A stretch of DNA of 64,000 nucleotides, taken from positions 61,556 to 125,555 of the forward strand of contig QPMI01000217.1 of assembly GCA_004431415.1 (NCBI GenBank). Reading direction: 5' to 3'. The translations under genes were made by a program, and so were the position numbers. Numbering within the stretch: position 1 is the first letter of the stretch; every line of letters starts with the position of its first letter. Below are positions 10,833 to 23,816 of the stretch, in pieces. Under the pieces are notes generated by a model, which saw nothing but the letters and a program-made list of their open reading frames with translations, had not been told where the DNA came from and ran no database searches. Source of the DNA: Cyanophora paradoxa CCMP329 (Eukaryota; Plantae; Glaucophyta).

Positions 10833-13513
10833 ATGTGCTCCAAGATCGGTTTCGAGTGCGCTAAACGAGGAAGCTACGCTGCGCACAGAGCTGATCCGCC
10901 CCGACAGCTGCTACACGTCGTTCTACACATGCGGCGCTCGGACCGGGGATCTGTGCACGTCTTCTGACAAGGTGAGGCAGGAAGCCGCCACCACAACCGC
11001 CCGAGGCCGCCGAGAGCGGCTCGGAGCCCGACGCTCAAACTGACTGACTGCGGCCAGCGCCTCGATGGGATATCGACTGGTCCTTCGGCGGAGGCGAGGG
11101 CGATTCGGAGCTACCTCGCGACCTGCGGGCCGGAGAAGGCTTACTCCGACCTGATCAAGTGCGGCCCGCGCCGGCCGAGCCACACAGCCGTGTCCGAGCC
11201 GCCGTGCAGGAGCAACGGGCGCGGGGCGTTCCCCGAGGACCTGAAGAGGGCGCTGGCGAAGGAGCGCATCAGGAACGAGAAGCTGATGGAGCTCCTGCCC
11301 GCCCCGTCCGACGTCCGGACCTCTGCGGTCCGCATCGGCGACCTGCACGGCGAGTGGTGCGTCGCCGCCCCGCGCGGCGCCGCGCCGGCGCCCCTCCCTG
11401 CGCGCGACCCGCGAGCGCCTCAGGATCCTGCCGGACCCGAGGCACTCGACGCACCCGCCGGAGCGTGTCATCCTCTTCCTCCACCGGAGCCTCGTCGCCG
11501 GTCCGCGGCGCCCCGCGCCCCGCGCCGGCGCAGGGGCCCGCGTCGACCCCCGCGCAGGCTCCTTCCGGCCCTTCCGCGAGTTCCTCTCGGCGGTGGCCAA
11601 CCGCGGCTACTGCCGCGTCCTCGCCGTGCGCCCCCCGCCCCGCCCCGCCCCGCCCTCCCCGCGCACCGCCGAGCGCCGCGCCGGCAGTTCGACTACAGCC
11701 TGGCTCCGGAGAGCGTGTGGCCGGCGCAGCTGAACGACGTAATGCGCGTCTACGAGTGGCTCGTCGACGTCGCCCACGCCGACCAGATCGTGCGCCCCGG
11801 CCCACCGGCCCTCCCCCCGCTCGCTCGGCCGCCCGGGCCCGCCCTGACGCCCGCCCGCCCGCGGCAGGTGCTGATGGGGGACAGCGACGGCGCCGGCGTC
11901 GTCGCCCACGCCGTCGCCGCCATCCTCCAGTGAGCCCCGCCCCGCCCCGCCCCGCCCGGCCCCGGCCTGCCTTGCGCGGGGCGCCGTCTGAGCGGGGCCG
12001 GCGCAGGCGGGGGTGGCCGGCGCCTGTGGGGCGATCATGCTCTCGCCGATCATCGACTTCGGGTTCAAGTACGAGAGCGTCGAGGCAAACGAGGAGCGGG
12101 ACGTCGTCATGAGCGGGAAGAGCCTCCGCGCCTTCTACCGCGAGGTCGTCCTCGCCGGCATGCCCGTGCGCCCCGCCCCGCCCCGCCCCGCATGCTCCCG
12201 CTTCCCTCCCCGCCCGCCCGCGGGGCCGCCCTGCTGCTCGCTCGCTCACGGGCGGGCGGGGGCGGCGCAGGCGGACGCGGCGACGCTGCCGGCGCTGGGG
12301 GACCTGGCCCCTTGGCGCGACGTCCCCGTCCTCATCATCGCCGGCGGCGACGAGGCGCGCCGCCCCCAGAGGCCCCGCGAGCAATCCGTCCCCCGCTGAC
12401 GCCCCGCCCCGCGCCGCGCCCCCCGGCAGGTGGTGCTGGACGACTGCGTGCTCTTCGCCGAGCGCGCTACTGCCGCCGGCGTCGTCGTCTACCTCGAGGC
12501 CCGCCCCGCCCGCCCCGCCCCGCCCCGCCGCCCCGCCCCGCCCCGCTTCCCTTTCTAATGCTGTTCGCCGGGGGGCAGGTGAAGGAGGAGCTCTTCCACG
12601 GGTTCGCGGCGTTCTACCCGTACCTCCCCGAGGCCGACGACGCCCTCGAGCGCGTCGCCGAGTTCCTACACACCACCGGCAAGCACGCCCCCCGCGCCTC
12701 CGCCGCCCGCCCCTACGCCTCCGGCTCCGGCTCCGGCTTCCTCAACGGCGGCTCCGGCTCCGGCGGCCGCCCCTGGCGCATGACCGCCAACGGCGTCACC
12801 GCCGCCGCCCCGCCGCCGCCGCCGGTCGCCAACGGCACGAACGGCCTGCACCGCGCGAACGGGCGCCTCTCGGCGGAGCGGGCGCCCTCGCCGCCGCGGC
12901 AGCGGGGCTCGCAGGGCCAGCCGCAGTCGTGGCGGCCGGCGCCGGAGCCGTGGGAGCATGCGCCGGTGCGGCGCTCGTCGGGCGGGGACGGGCGTGGCGT
13001 GGCGCGGGCGCCGTCCCACGTGCTGGCGGGGCAGTACCCGACGGAGCCCGAGTCCGGGCGGTGGTGGGCCACTCGGAGGTCGTCTACGCGCGCCCCCCCG
13101 AGGAGCCCTTCTCCTTCTTCCGCCCCTCCGAGCCCGCCCCGGCCCCCGGCTTCGCCTCCCCGGCCGCCCGCGTCTGGTCCCGCCCCGAGGAGGCCCCCCA
13201 GGCCCGCTCCGCCCGCTTCTCCAGCGGGCCGGCCCCGCCCCGCGCCGCCGGCCGCCGCCGCCCCTCGGGGTCCTCCTCCTCGTCGTCGGACGAGGAGAAG
13301 CGGCGGGCGGTGCGCTTCGACTACCGCACGGGCGACATCCGCGGGGAGGCGCCGGCGCCCCGCCGCAACGACTTCATCCCGCCCTCCCTGCACCGCGCCA
13401 GCGTCATCGCCGAGCAGCGCCACTCCGCCGCCGACCGCACCCCCGGCGGCTACTACTCCCGCGTCGCCCCCGGATCCGACGACGCCGAGCGCTGGGGGCC
13501 CAACGGCCGCTGA
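10833..13513 (+). CDS. Alpha/beta hydrolase, HSL/Abhydrolase_3 esterase family, with a low-complexity C-terminal tail
   Basis: Exons give RVILFLH, DYSLAPESVWPAQLND, VLMGDSDG (nucleophile elbow), AIMLSPIID, PVLIIAGGDE|VVLDD and LFHGF...PEADDALERVAEFL. Start and tail frame are tentative. Confidence 0.82.
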
Positions 13514-13818
13514 GCGAGGACGGCCGCACGGGCCAGGCCAGCCGCCGGCCCCGTGTTAACTCGTACTTGCATCGACCCTTATGTACGCTCTTGCGCACTG
13601 TACGTGCCGGGAGTAATGCTATGATACTATATATTTGTGTGCGCATGGATCACTCGACGAAGCACTCCGAGCCTAGAGTCCGCGGCCGAGGCTCATCAGA
13701 CGTCGACCGCGGCGGACCGCCGGCCGCGGCCGAGCGCGACGTCGAGCGATTTGATCCTAGGGGGAAGAGGCCCGGAGGGGGTACTGTTCGCCTGCGTTGT
13801 CTTGTTCGCTGTTCGAAG

Positions 13819-14820
13819 ATGGCCGACGACGACGCATGGGGTGCGTGCGACCTGCCGGTCGAGGCGATACGCACCCGCGGCGCTCGGCCGCGCCGCCGCG
13901 CGCCAGTGGGTCGCGCGGAGCTGATCGATCCCGCCGCCGCCGCGCAGATGCGGATGACTTCACGCCGTCCGTGCCGGTTGTAAATGTGAAGCCTTCCTGG
14001 GAGGATGAGGAGGAGCCGGAGCCGGCCAAGTCGCCCGCGCCGAAGGCTGGCAGCGAGCCGCAGGCCAGCGGCAGCACCGTTAAGGAGGTGGTGAAGCCAA
14101 AGAAGGCGATGAAGGAGGCGATGAAGCGCGTGGAGGAGAAGAAGGGCGGCGCGTCGGTGGGCCGCGGTGCGCTCGCATCGGCGGCGGACTTCTTGGGCGA
14201 CGAGGTGGACCCCGAGCTGCGCCGGCTGCACCAGCAAAGGCAGCAGCAGGCCGCGGACTTCCAGAGCGCACAGGAGATGTTCGGCGATGTCGCCCTGGAC
14301 GAGAAGGTTCCGAAGACCGAGGAGGAGTTCAACAAGCTCGCGCAGATCCTCGCCGAGAAGCTCCAGCCCCTCGAGGTGCGCGCTGCTCGCGATCTAGATT
14401 CGAACCTTCTCTTTCTGCGCCGACGCGGGGAGCGCGCGCAGGCGAGCTTCCACTTCACCTCCTTCCTGAAGACGCTCGTGCGGCTGACGACCACGAGCCT
14501 CACCTCGGACAACCTGAAGGAGCTCTCGGCCTCCTGCACCGTCCTCATGAACGAGAAGCTCAAGGCCGAGAAGGACAAGAGCAAGAAGAAGAAGCGTGCG
14601 CGCGCCGCCGCCTCGGCCCCCGTTGGCTGGCCGGGCGCTCACGATGAGGCGGGGCGCAGCGGCGGCGGCGACGAAGAAGGCGTCTGTGGCGGTGGAGCGG
14701 ACGATGTACGACGAGGACGACGACTACGGCGGCGACGACGTGCGGCCCCGCCCGCGCCCGCCCCGCCCGCCCCCGGCCGCCCGCTCACTCGCCTCGGGGC
14801 CGCAGTACGACTTCATGTGA
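13819..14820 (+). CDS. EIF3J: Eukaryotic translation initiation factor 3 subunit J
   Basis: MADDDAW|DADDF, WEDEEE, PKTEEEF, LMNEKLKAEK and a terminal YDFM*, joined through short GT-AG introns. Confidence 0.88.
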
Positions 14821-15001
14821 GGCGCCGGCCGCTAGGCCTCCCCCATCGCTCTCTCCCCTCGGTCCCCCGCTCCTCCCCGACCACCCCCGCCCCAGCGCCC
14901 CTCCTCCCCCCGCCCCGCTTCGCTCGCATCCGCTAGATCCGTGCAGGCTTTTCATCAGTTTTGAAGCCGTCGAGGCCCCAAATGAACGGAGGCGCCTCCA
15001 T

Positions 15002-16659
15002 TTACATTGGGAGAAAGAAGCTGTACCGCGGCTCGTCGGGCGGGGCGGGCGCGGGGGGTCCCTCCCCGGCCGCCCGGCGGGCGCGGGCGCGGGCGAGGGC
15101 GGCGGGGAGGTCGCGGGGCCACTCGAGGGCGGAGCAGGAGAGGCCGAAGCCAGCGCCCGAGCCGGCGCTCCACCGGTGCGCCGGGGCCGGCCGCGGGCCT
15201 TCCCCCGCGCCCGCGTCGAGCCCCGCCCCGTACACCGCGTCCCCGACGATCGGGTACCCCGCCGCCGCCAGCTGCGCCCGGATCTGCCGGCGGGCGTGAG
15301 GGCCGTCGGGGAGGGCCCGGACAGGCGCCCCGCGCCTGGTGGCTGCGGCCGGTCCCCAGCTCGATCTCGAGGGCGAGCTCCCCCGGGCCCGCCCCCTCGA
15401 CGCCCAGCACCGTCAGCAGGCACTCCTGCCACGCCCCCTCCGCCCCGGGCTCTTTCCTCACCACCTGCGCCCCGCGCGCCTCAGAACGAGGGCGGGGCGC
15501 GGAGGATGGGGCGGGGCGGGGCGGGGCGGGGCGGGGCGGGCCTTGGGCGCCCGCTCGCTCTTCAGCATGTAGTGTAGCATGGGCCCGAGCGGGGGCCCGG
15601 GCCCGCCGGCCCTCACCCGCGCCCGGTATCGCTTCTGCACCTGCGAGGGGCGTCGACGTCGACGTCGGCTGAGAAAAGGGCGCTGGGCGTGGGGCGGGGC
15701 GGACGACGCCGAGGCGGGCGGCCTCGTTGAAGAGGGGCACGAAGGCGGGGCGCTTGCCCAGCACCAGGAGCCCTCCCGTCGGCTGGTCCAGCCGCGTCGT
15801 CACCAGCGCCGCGCCCCCGAGGCCCAGCAGCCGCCCTGCCGCGGCGCGCGCGCGCGCGGGGCTCGGGGCAGAGCAGGGGCCGGGCAGAGCTCAAGGCCTA
15901 GGGGGCCACGACCGCACCGACTTCGGCGGCGCAGTTCTCGTGAAGATTGTCGGTGGTGCAGTGCGTGGGGATGCCGCTGGGCTTGTCCAGCACCGCGAAG
16001 TCCTCCTCCTCGTGTAAGAGCCGCGCGCGCCAGTCCACCTCCCCCACGGGGAAGCGCTTCGGAGCCGCCGAGACGCGCACGTACGTTTCTGGCGGCAGCG
16101 CCGCATCCTCAGTCCACCGCTCGATGCGCTTGGCGGAGGGCGGCCTGCACCAGACGGCCCCGAACCGCACAAGCCACTCCGCCCGCGGCCGATCGCCGCC
16201 CAGCAGGCCCGCCACGAACTCGGAGAGACGGGCGCCCTGCGACGCCGGAACGAGCGCATGCCTTATGTCCATCGCCGGCTGCGCGTCCCCCGCGCCGCCC
16301 TCCATCTGCAGCCGCTCTCCGCTGCCGCTGGCCATGGGCGGGGTGTCGGGCCCATCGCCGGCCGCGGCTGCTCGAACACCCGCGCCCGTGTTGACGCTTG
16401 CGTAAGCGTACTGAGCCGCAGCGCGCCTCCTGGATCGCAGGCCGATCGCGCTGCAGCCGACGGGCCAGCAGGACGCGGCGCTCAGTCGGCGCGGCAGCCG
16501 CAGGCCGAGGGCGGCGGTGTGCGCGAAGGCTGCTGTTGCTTGCTGCGTGGCCGGTGTCTGTGGAGATCTCCTGACGCCAGCTGCAGGCGCTCTCCTCATC
16601 GGCCGGTCGTTCTCGCGCGGTACGTATACCCCGCCGAGCCGGCGCTCGGCGCTGGCCAT
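15002..16659 (-). CDS. RluA-family RNA pseudouridine synthase (organellar type), multi-exon
   Basis: AVLDKPSGIPTH, TTRLDQPTGGLLVLGK (catalytic Asp), QKRYRARV and LGTGRSHQ|IRAQLAAAGYPIVGDAVYG. Long N-terminal extension; start uncertain. Confidence 0.85.
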
Positions 16660-17011
16660 GGGCCGTGTTCTCGCGCGCATTCAGAGCTAACGCGCATGCA
16701 TATGGGTAATTATAAGACTTCGAGCTCGCGCCAGCCCCCGCGGACCTGCAGAGCGAGCGCCAGCGCTAGCGCTAGCGCTCGAATTCGAACTCGAATTCCG
16801 GGGCAGGAGGAGGCGGCGGCCCCGGTGGAGGAGGTAAGAAGGAGGAGGCGGCGGCCCCGGCCCAGATCTAAACGTCGGCCCAGCCGGCGCGTGCTGGCCG
16901 TAGGACGTCCGGCCGGCGCCCGGAGCCTGGAGCGGTACCGCAGGACCCCCAGCTCGAGTCCTGCCCATCGGCTGCGCATGCGTCGCGTCCGTTCGGCATC
17001 TCGACACGGGG

Positions 17012-18412
17012 CTACTGTATCTGGCGGCCGAGGGCGTTCTCGGCCTTGTTCTTGTGGTCGGCGACCTGCGGGCGCAGCTCGTAGACCGCCGACACCGCCC
17101 GCCGCTCCATCTTCGTGTACGAGCCCTTCAGGCCTGCGCCGCCGCCGCCGCCGCCGCCCAGCCGCCGTAAGATCAGGCGGGAGGTTTGGAGGCGCAGGGG
17201 GAGGCGCGGGCGAGGGGCCGCGAGCTCGAGGCGGGCGGCCGCTGACCGATGTAGTATATCCTCGTCGAGTCCGCCCCGAAGTTCTCGCTGAAGAACATCG
17301 CTGAGAGATCAAAGCCGCGCCCGCGGTCAGCCGGGCAGATCAAAACCGAACGGAAGGGCGCGCGGGGAGGGGCGGGGAGGGGAGGCGGGCGCACTCAGGT
17401 CCGTGACGTTCTGGAACTTGGCGATCCTGTGCACGTGCCGGGGTGCGGGGCCGGGGCGAGGGCGGGGTCAGGATCGGGGCGCGGATCTCGCGGGGCCGGG
17501 GCGCGCTTCAGAGGGTACTCGATGGCGCCCTGCGGGTCCGCCTGCAGCTCCACCTCCTGCGCCGCCGGCACCTGCCCGCCCCGCCCCGCCCCGCCCCGCG
17601 AAGCAAGTCAAGGCGCTGGCGCGCGCGGGGCGCGGCGTCGGCGGCCGGCCGCGCTCGCCTGCTCCGCGAGGCCGAAGTCCAGGTCCGCTCGGTTCACGTA
17701 AAGCTGCGCCGAGACCCCGCCGGGAGCGCGAGGTTCCGAAAGTTCAGACCATGCGCCCGGCGCCACGAGGCTCGCGCGCGCGCGGCCGCGGGCGCAGCGC
17801 GGCCACCTTCACTTTCGAGGGCGCGCTGCTGCCCTCGCCGATCACGCATATGGACTTCAGCTTGATGGCCCCTGTGAACTGTGTGTGTGCGCGCGGAGCG
17901 TCGGCGAGAGGACCCACGGGCCGCAGACGCGGGCGCGCACGGGAATGTGCAGCATGAGCTGCTCGTCCGCCGCCGATTCGAGGAACGAGGATCGGTCGCT
18001 GGGGGCCGAGCGTAAGCGTTCAAATTCATGTAGCTAACGCGCGCGCCCAGGGTGTACACGCAAGCTTGAGCCGGCGCCCCGGCACTCGGGCCGGCTCCGC
18101 ACGCTAGCTCTAGATCTGTGCGAGCGCGCGGCGCACCTCTTCTTTGCTAGCGTCTTGAACAGCTTCTGGCAGCTCCCCGCCACGCTCTCATTCAAGCATC
18201 GCACCTGCAGCGGTCAGCGCTCGATGGCCGGGATCCGCTGCACATGCGGGCTCTGCGGCGCGCTCTTCGCGGTGAAGCGTACCTGCCCGGGCGCTGCTCG
18301 TCAGGGCGCGTGCCCGCCCCCGCAAGGGCGCATGCACCTTCGTTGTGTCCACATAGCGGTTCAGCAGCTCCTCGCACGTCGCGCACGACGCCTCGTGCTC
18401 GCAGTCGCACAT
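17012..18412 (-). CDS. PITHD1: PITH domain-containing protein 1
   Basis: Spliced: MCDCEHE...YVDTTK|VRCLNES...|FLESAADEQLMLHIP|FTGAIKLKSICVIG...|KFQNV...SENFGADSTRIYYI|GLKG...VYELRPQVADHK...IQ*. Confidence 0.9.
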
Positions 18413-19536
18413 CCGGTTGCGTCCACAGTACTTCGCGCGCGAAGCTGGGCGTCAGTGTTTAAGCACTGTATCCGGCCCCCGGCCAGTTCGCAACCAAACG
18501 AAGCAGCCAGCAGACGGTGCAGACCACAGCAGCAGCCATGGCAGTGATGGCACCCAATGGCAAGGCCGTGCCGGTGAAAGTGGCTAATTCGAATCAGGCT
18601 GGCCAAGTCCGGGGCGCGGACGTTCGACGGTCTGCTGGCCCTGATCTGCACGCGCGCAGCAAACCGGGTTCGCGATCCGAAACACGCGAATGTCGGAGGC
18701 AGCCATGCAGCAGGCCTAGGCCAGAGCGGGCGATGCCGCAATCGACCCGACCTGCGTCACACAAGCTAAGCAACCCAGTGCAGTAGCACCGCAGCGTTTA
18801 ATGGAGCTTTCCGAAGTTCAACCTTCCCTCATGTACAGCCGCCGGCGGCGGCAGCAGTCGGCGGTCTCGCGGCGGCTCTAGAAGTCGGCAGCCGCATCAG
18901 GCGAGCCCAGAGATCGACTGGGCGTTCATACAAGTCACTATAGTTCGCGTGATTCGCAGTTTGCCAGCGCTTGTTCATTTCGCGTGGCGTACCCCCTCCC
19001 AAGTCATTCCCCCCTTTTGGTGAAGGCGCCACGCCGGACATCCCGTCGGCTCCCGTCGGCTCCCGGGACTTGGACGCTTCACGAACGCCTCCACAACCAG
19101 TTCTCAACCCGAACCGCTCAGCAGCCATGGCCTCCTCGTGCGTACGCGCGCCACGGGCGCAGCGTGGCACGCCGCCTCGTGATCCGCGGCGTTCTGAGTT
19201 CTTCCTTCGTAGAATGACTCGTGTGAACGAAAAAAACGACCGCAGCCCCGGCGTCGCGTCTTGCGAACGCTCCCATGCCGGTGCCCCCGTTCGCCTCCCC
19301 GTCCAAGCTGTCTCCTCGCGGCCCCGTGGCTGAATTACAGTCCTCGCAGTCAATCAGGCTTCAAAGCGCAGTCGTGGCGCTGCCGACGAGTGCACGGATG
19401 CCGGTGCCTCCATTCTCGCCTGCCCCGTCTGAGCGCTCGCGTCACGGCGTCGTGCTGATCCCCGACCCGCGCAGTCATCAACGAGCGTCCGAAGCGCAGT
19501 ATCGTCGCTGATCATAATGTTGGTGCTGATCCGGAG

Positions 19537-19980
19537 GTGCGCGAGGCGGGCGCTGGCGGGGAGGCCGAGGCGGCGCGGTCGGCGAAGAATGCCCGCCTCG
19601 AGGAGACGCAGGCCGCGGAGGGGGCCCCGGGGCGCGCGTCCCCGGCCCCGGCCCCGCGGCCGGCCCCGCCGGTGCCGGTGGAGGAGGAGGAGGGCGTGCC
19701 GGGCTCGCAGGGCTTCGAGGGGCCCGCCCCCGCCCCCGGCCCCGCCGCCCCATTGGCCCCGCAGGCCCCGGCGGCCGGCCCCTCGGGCGGGGGCGACGGG
19801 GGTGGGGACGCGCTCTACGAGACCGAGAAGGAGGCGCTGCTGGAGGAGTTGGTGCGGGAGGCGCTGCGCGCGGGGGGGCACGAGGCCCAGCTTGCCGAAC
19901 TCCATGCCCTCGACGCCCGCATCGCCAAGCTCCGCGCCGAGATCTCCGCCCTCGTCGCCGTGATCTGCCGCCCGCTCTGA
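19537..19980 (+). pseudogene. Partial duplicate of the 3' end of the gene at 23817-25144
   Basis: PAPPVPVEEEEGVPGSQGFEGPA...PQAPAAGPS...EKEALL is near-identical to 24820-25030. No matching 5' part is present. Confidence 0.6.
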
Positions 19981-20244
19981 GACCCACGCCCCTCCAGGCC
20001 CCAGCCCGCCTCCCCGGCTGCCTCCCCGGCTGCTCGCCCGCCTGGCGCCGGCAGGCTGCGTGACCTGCGGAGGCGCCCCGGGCGCTGTCGGATAGCCCCG
20101 CGTGCTGTGTTCTTCTCCCCGAGGGGGAGGGCTTGCGAGCCCGTGCCCCGGTTTGCTCTAGCCTCTCCAGACGATCATTTCGTTAACTAAGATTCGATGC
20201 ATATGATCTGGCCACTTAAGCCTTGAAGCCCACCCAGCAACAGC

Positions 20245-20985
20245 TCGATGAATATCGGATGCTATGACCAGCTGAGCCTCGGCGCCTCTCCGATCCCTTG
20301 CCAAGTTTGCCTAGCGTTCGATTCCCAGAGTCCTGTGATATGCATATGGTAGCTGTCCTCGCCGCGCCGTTCGGGCATCATGATCAGCCATGTAAATATA
20401 TCAACAACAAATCTTCTGTATAGTATCGTATACGTAGCACCAACTTAATGAAGAGGAACTTCGGAAAGGGCGTGGGTTGTCCGACGGTCGTCGTTAAAAC
20501 TTTGAAAACTTGAAACCGTTTTGAACGTTGGTAAACGTTAACGCCGTGCCGCAGTGCGTGTGCCCGGCGGCCACCAGTACTGGATCAGTGAAGCTCCTGC
20601 AGCGCGCCGGCCCGCCGCGGCGCCCCGGGGCCCCGTGATCATGAACCGTTGAACATGGCCTCCGGCCCGCATGCTATGATCAGCTGAGCGCTAGCTTGGG
20701 GCCTCTCCGATCACTAGGCATTGATAGCTGTCTTCGATTCGCCATTTCAACGATTCGGGCATCATCATCAGGCCATGTAACTTAGTAATTATATAAATAC
20801 ACCAACAATTGCAATTAATCTACTTTAGTACCAACTCGATAAAGCTTAAGGAAGAAAGGGGGGTGTCGTCGTTCGTGAACACCGTAAGTATACGTATACG
20901 CGAGCCACTAGTGCTGGCTCATGATCACTGAGTCAGTGAAGCTCCTGCTGCGGGATGGCCCGCCCCGCGAACATGGCCTCGACGG
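20245..20985. repeat. Degenerate tandem duplication (unit roughly 360-410 bp, about 2 copies) in intergenic/3' UTR DNA
   Basis: ATGCTATGA(C/T)CAGCTGAGC..GCCTCTCCGATC..TTCGGGCATCAT at ~20259 and ~20671; TCAGTGAAGCTCCTGC..GAACATGGCCTC at ~20585 and ~20933. Confidence 0.7.
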
Positions 20986-23084
20986 CGGCTCTCGCCTCAC
21001 GGTACTACTACGGTAGACGGACGCGTCGAGGGCCGCGCTGCCGTGCACTCTGACGCTCACTCTGACCTCTGGCCGAAGGCCTCGCAGGATCTGACGGAGC
21101 CCGCGCCGGTTCGCCGGGAGGGAGCGGGCCGGTGGAGAGGGCGCGGCACGCGCCGCGGCGGACCTCGAAGGAGCGGGTGGAGGGCGAGTCGAGGAGGGCG
21201 AAGACACAGAGGCTCTCTCTCGAGGGGCGGCAGCGCGACGATCGCATCCGCCTCCGCCTCCGCGAGGGGCCCCGCCACGTGCAGGCCGAGCCCCCGCAGC
21301 GCGCGTCGCGCCCCGGCGCAGGCCAGGACGCCTGCGAAGCCCCCGCCCCGCTCCGCCCGCTGAGTGCGGTCTGCACCCGCCGGCGGGCGAGCGGGTGAGC
21401 GGGGGCGGGGCGAGGCGGCGCGGGGCGCGCGGGGCGGGCGGGGCACGTGCGAGGTGGAGGAAGAGGGGCTCGAGGCGGGGCAGGGCGGAGAGGGAGCCCT
21501 CGAGGACGGCGAAGGCCGGCGCGGGGTCCCGCCGCCTGAGCTGCACGTGCACGTGGAGGCGCAGCTCCCGCGGGCTCGGGATCCGCCCCCGGGCGTCCGA
21601 CATCCCGTCCTCGGGGACCTGATCGTCCGCCGGATCGCTCGAGCTCGCCGGGGCCATTCAGCGCGTCGAGGGACTCGAGCTCGGGCATGCGGCTCAGCGC
21701 GAGGAGGGCCTCGGGCGGGGCCGCGGCGTACACCCGCCTGCCGCCGCTGGACCGTGCGGGGAACGCCTCATCCCTCCCTGCGCCAGCGTCGCTGAGCCGG
21801 CGAGAGCGCGGACCGCGCGCGGGGTCGGGCGCACGTGCACCTGTAGATGCCACTCTCCCACCAGGGGAGGAATTCGATGCTGCGGGGGCTGGCGCCGGCG
21901 GGCCCGTCGGCGAGCGCGGCGAGGCCGGCGGCGAGCTCGGCGCCGGCGCTCGCGCTGAAGCGGCGGCTGAAGAAGCTCCCTCCCTCCACGACCAGGCGCT
22001 CCAGGCGGCCCAGCGGGGCGAGGGCCGCCAGCGCCTCCTCCCGCGCCCTCTTCGCAGACGCGACGCCGACGGTGAGCGAGCGGAGGAGGGGGCAGGCGGC
22101 GGCGACGGCCGCCGCCGCCCCGGGGCTGAAGTCGGCGTCGAGGCCGCCGAAGGAGAGGTCGAGGGCGCGCAGCGCGGCAAAGGGCGCGAGGGCGGCCCGC
22201 AGCTCGGCGGCCGCCGGCCACGCCATCCAGCCCAGGCGGGGGTGCTCGCGATCGACGCCGCCAAAGCGCACGCTGAGGCGCTCGAGGCGGCTCGCCGCCC
22301 CCTCCGGCGGCCGCAGCGCACGCAGCAGGCCGAGCAGGATTTCGCGCAGCAAGTTCTCCGCCGCTTCGCTGGCCCTGGACATGCTCAGGAGCTCCACGGT
22401 CACGCCGCTGAGCTGCGCCCCGCCGCGCTGGCGCCGCGCGATCGTTCCGAAGAGACTGCACGCAGCTTCCACCGCTGCAAGTTGGCAGCTCTTCCGTCCC
22501 CCTGGTCCTTCCGTGTCGCTGCTCTTGCGGAAAGCCGAGATCCGGGGTAGCTCCGCCCGAAGTGCCACGCTGCAGCTGCAGCCGCCTCCGAGCCGGCGCC
22601 GCAGCTTGCCGCTTTCGAACAGCGCCGTCAACTCTCGGAACGCACGCTCGCCGGAAGGCTCCGACCCGCTGCCGCTGGCGAGCTGCTGCGCTGACTTGCC
22701 GGTGGCCCAGTCACTCGCATATGCATTTTCGCCCTTGGCCCATGGCCAACAGCTCGACGCTCGCAGCCGCCCACTCGGTCTCCTCCAACACTCGCCGCCA
22801 CCGCCTGCCATCGAAAGCTTTTAGCTACGTATACGAAGCAAGGGCGTCCTTCGAGGCGAAGCGCGCGGACCTGCACACGCCGCGCAGGGGCCAGCTTGCT
22901 CGCAGCCGAGCACCCTGAATACGACGCTCATGACTCCGTCAGGGAGTGTACTTATCGCCCCCGCATCCAGATCCGACGCGTCTGCTGGCGGATCCGACGC
23001 GTCTGCTGGCGATGGGTCCTCGACCCGGGCTCGCTTTGCTGAGCGCCGATCATTCCCTTCCGATCGCGACTTGCGCCCTGACAT
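20908..23084 (-). CDS. F-box / LRR-like protein with apparent frameshifts (pseudogene or assembly errors)
   Basis: ISTLPDGVMSVVFRVLG..WPLRRVCR|RWRRVLEETEW is F-box-like (needs a frameshift at ~22905). Later LRALDLSF, AAACPLLRSLTV, LGRLERLVV and LSRMPELESL repeats. Confidence 0.7.
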
Positions 23085-23816
23085 CGACGCCGCGCGCCCG
23101 ACTGCTCGTATCGATGCTGGTGCTCGACGGCTGCAGCGACGCGACGACTGCAGCGACGGCTGCGGCGACGCTCTGGCCATGGAGTATCCCTCCTCGGCCA
23201 GTTCGCAACTGAACACAAGTCCCGCGTCCGACGCAGTCAAGAGGAGAAAGCAACCGGCAACAATGGCGCCCAGGGCCTTGCCAGTGAAAGCCGCGCGTCG
23301 ATTCGCGCCGACCAAGCCGGCGCCCGAGTCTGAGTCGTGCGTCGCCCCGAGGCGCACGCTCCACGTTGCCGCGCTGAGGCACCGGAGCGCAGCGAGTCTG
23401 ATTACGATGATCAAGAGAACCGCGACAATGGCACTGGCCAGATTGACCGAACCGGTGCGTTCGCCCAGCATGACTGCCGCGGGAGCATTCACTTTGAGGC
23501 GCCGCGCTGATTCCCGGCCCGCGCAGCCAAGGGCGGCTCCACGAGCATTCGTAACTTTCACTCCAGCGACGGTACGCAGTCGCGTGCCTGCCCAGTCGCC
23601 GATGCGCATGCGAGCGTTTACCTCGAGGCCTAGGCGCCCGGCGCGCGCCGAGCTGATTCCGAGTCCGCGCACAGTCGACAAGGACTGGAGCTCCCACATC
23701 ATTCACAAGCGACCCAAGTCCCCTTGTGCGTTCCTTCCGGCCGCCCGCGGGAGCATTCGCCTCGAGCTTGCGCCGTCGACGCGCGCGCGCATGCGCATGC
23801 TTGGTTCAAACTGACG

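Noticed and set aside
18540-19500. ORFs at 18829-19353 and neighbours as a gene
   Set aside because: No recognisable domain or consistent splice pattern.
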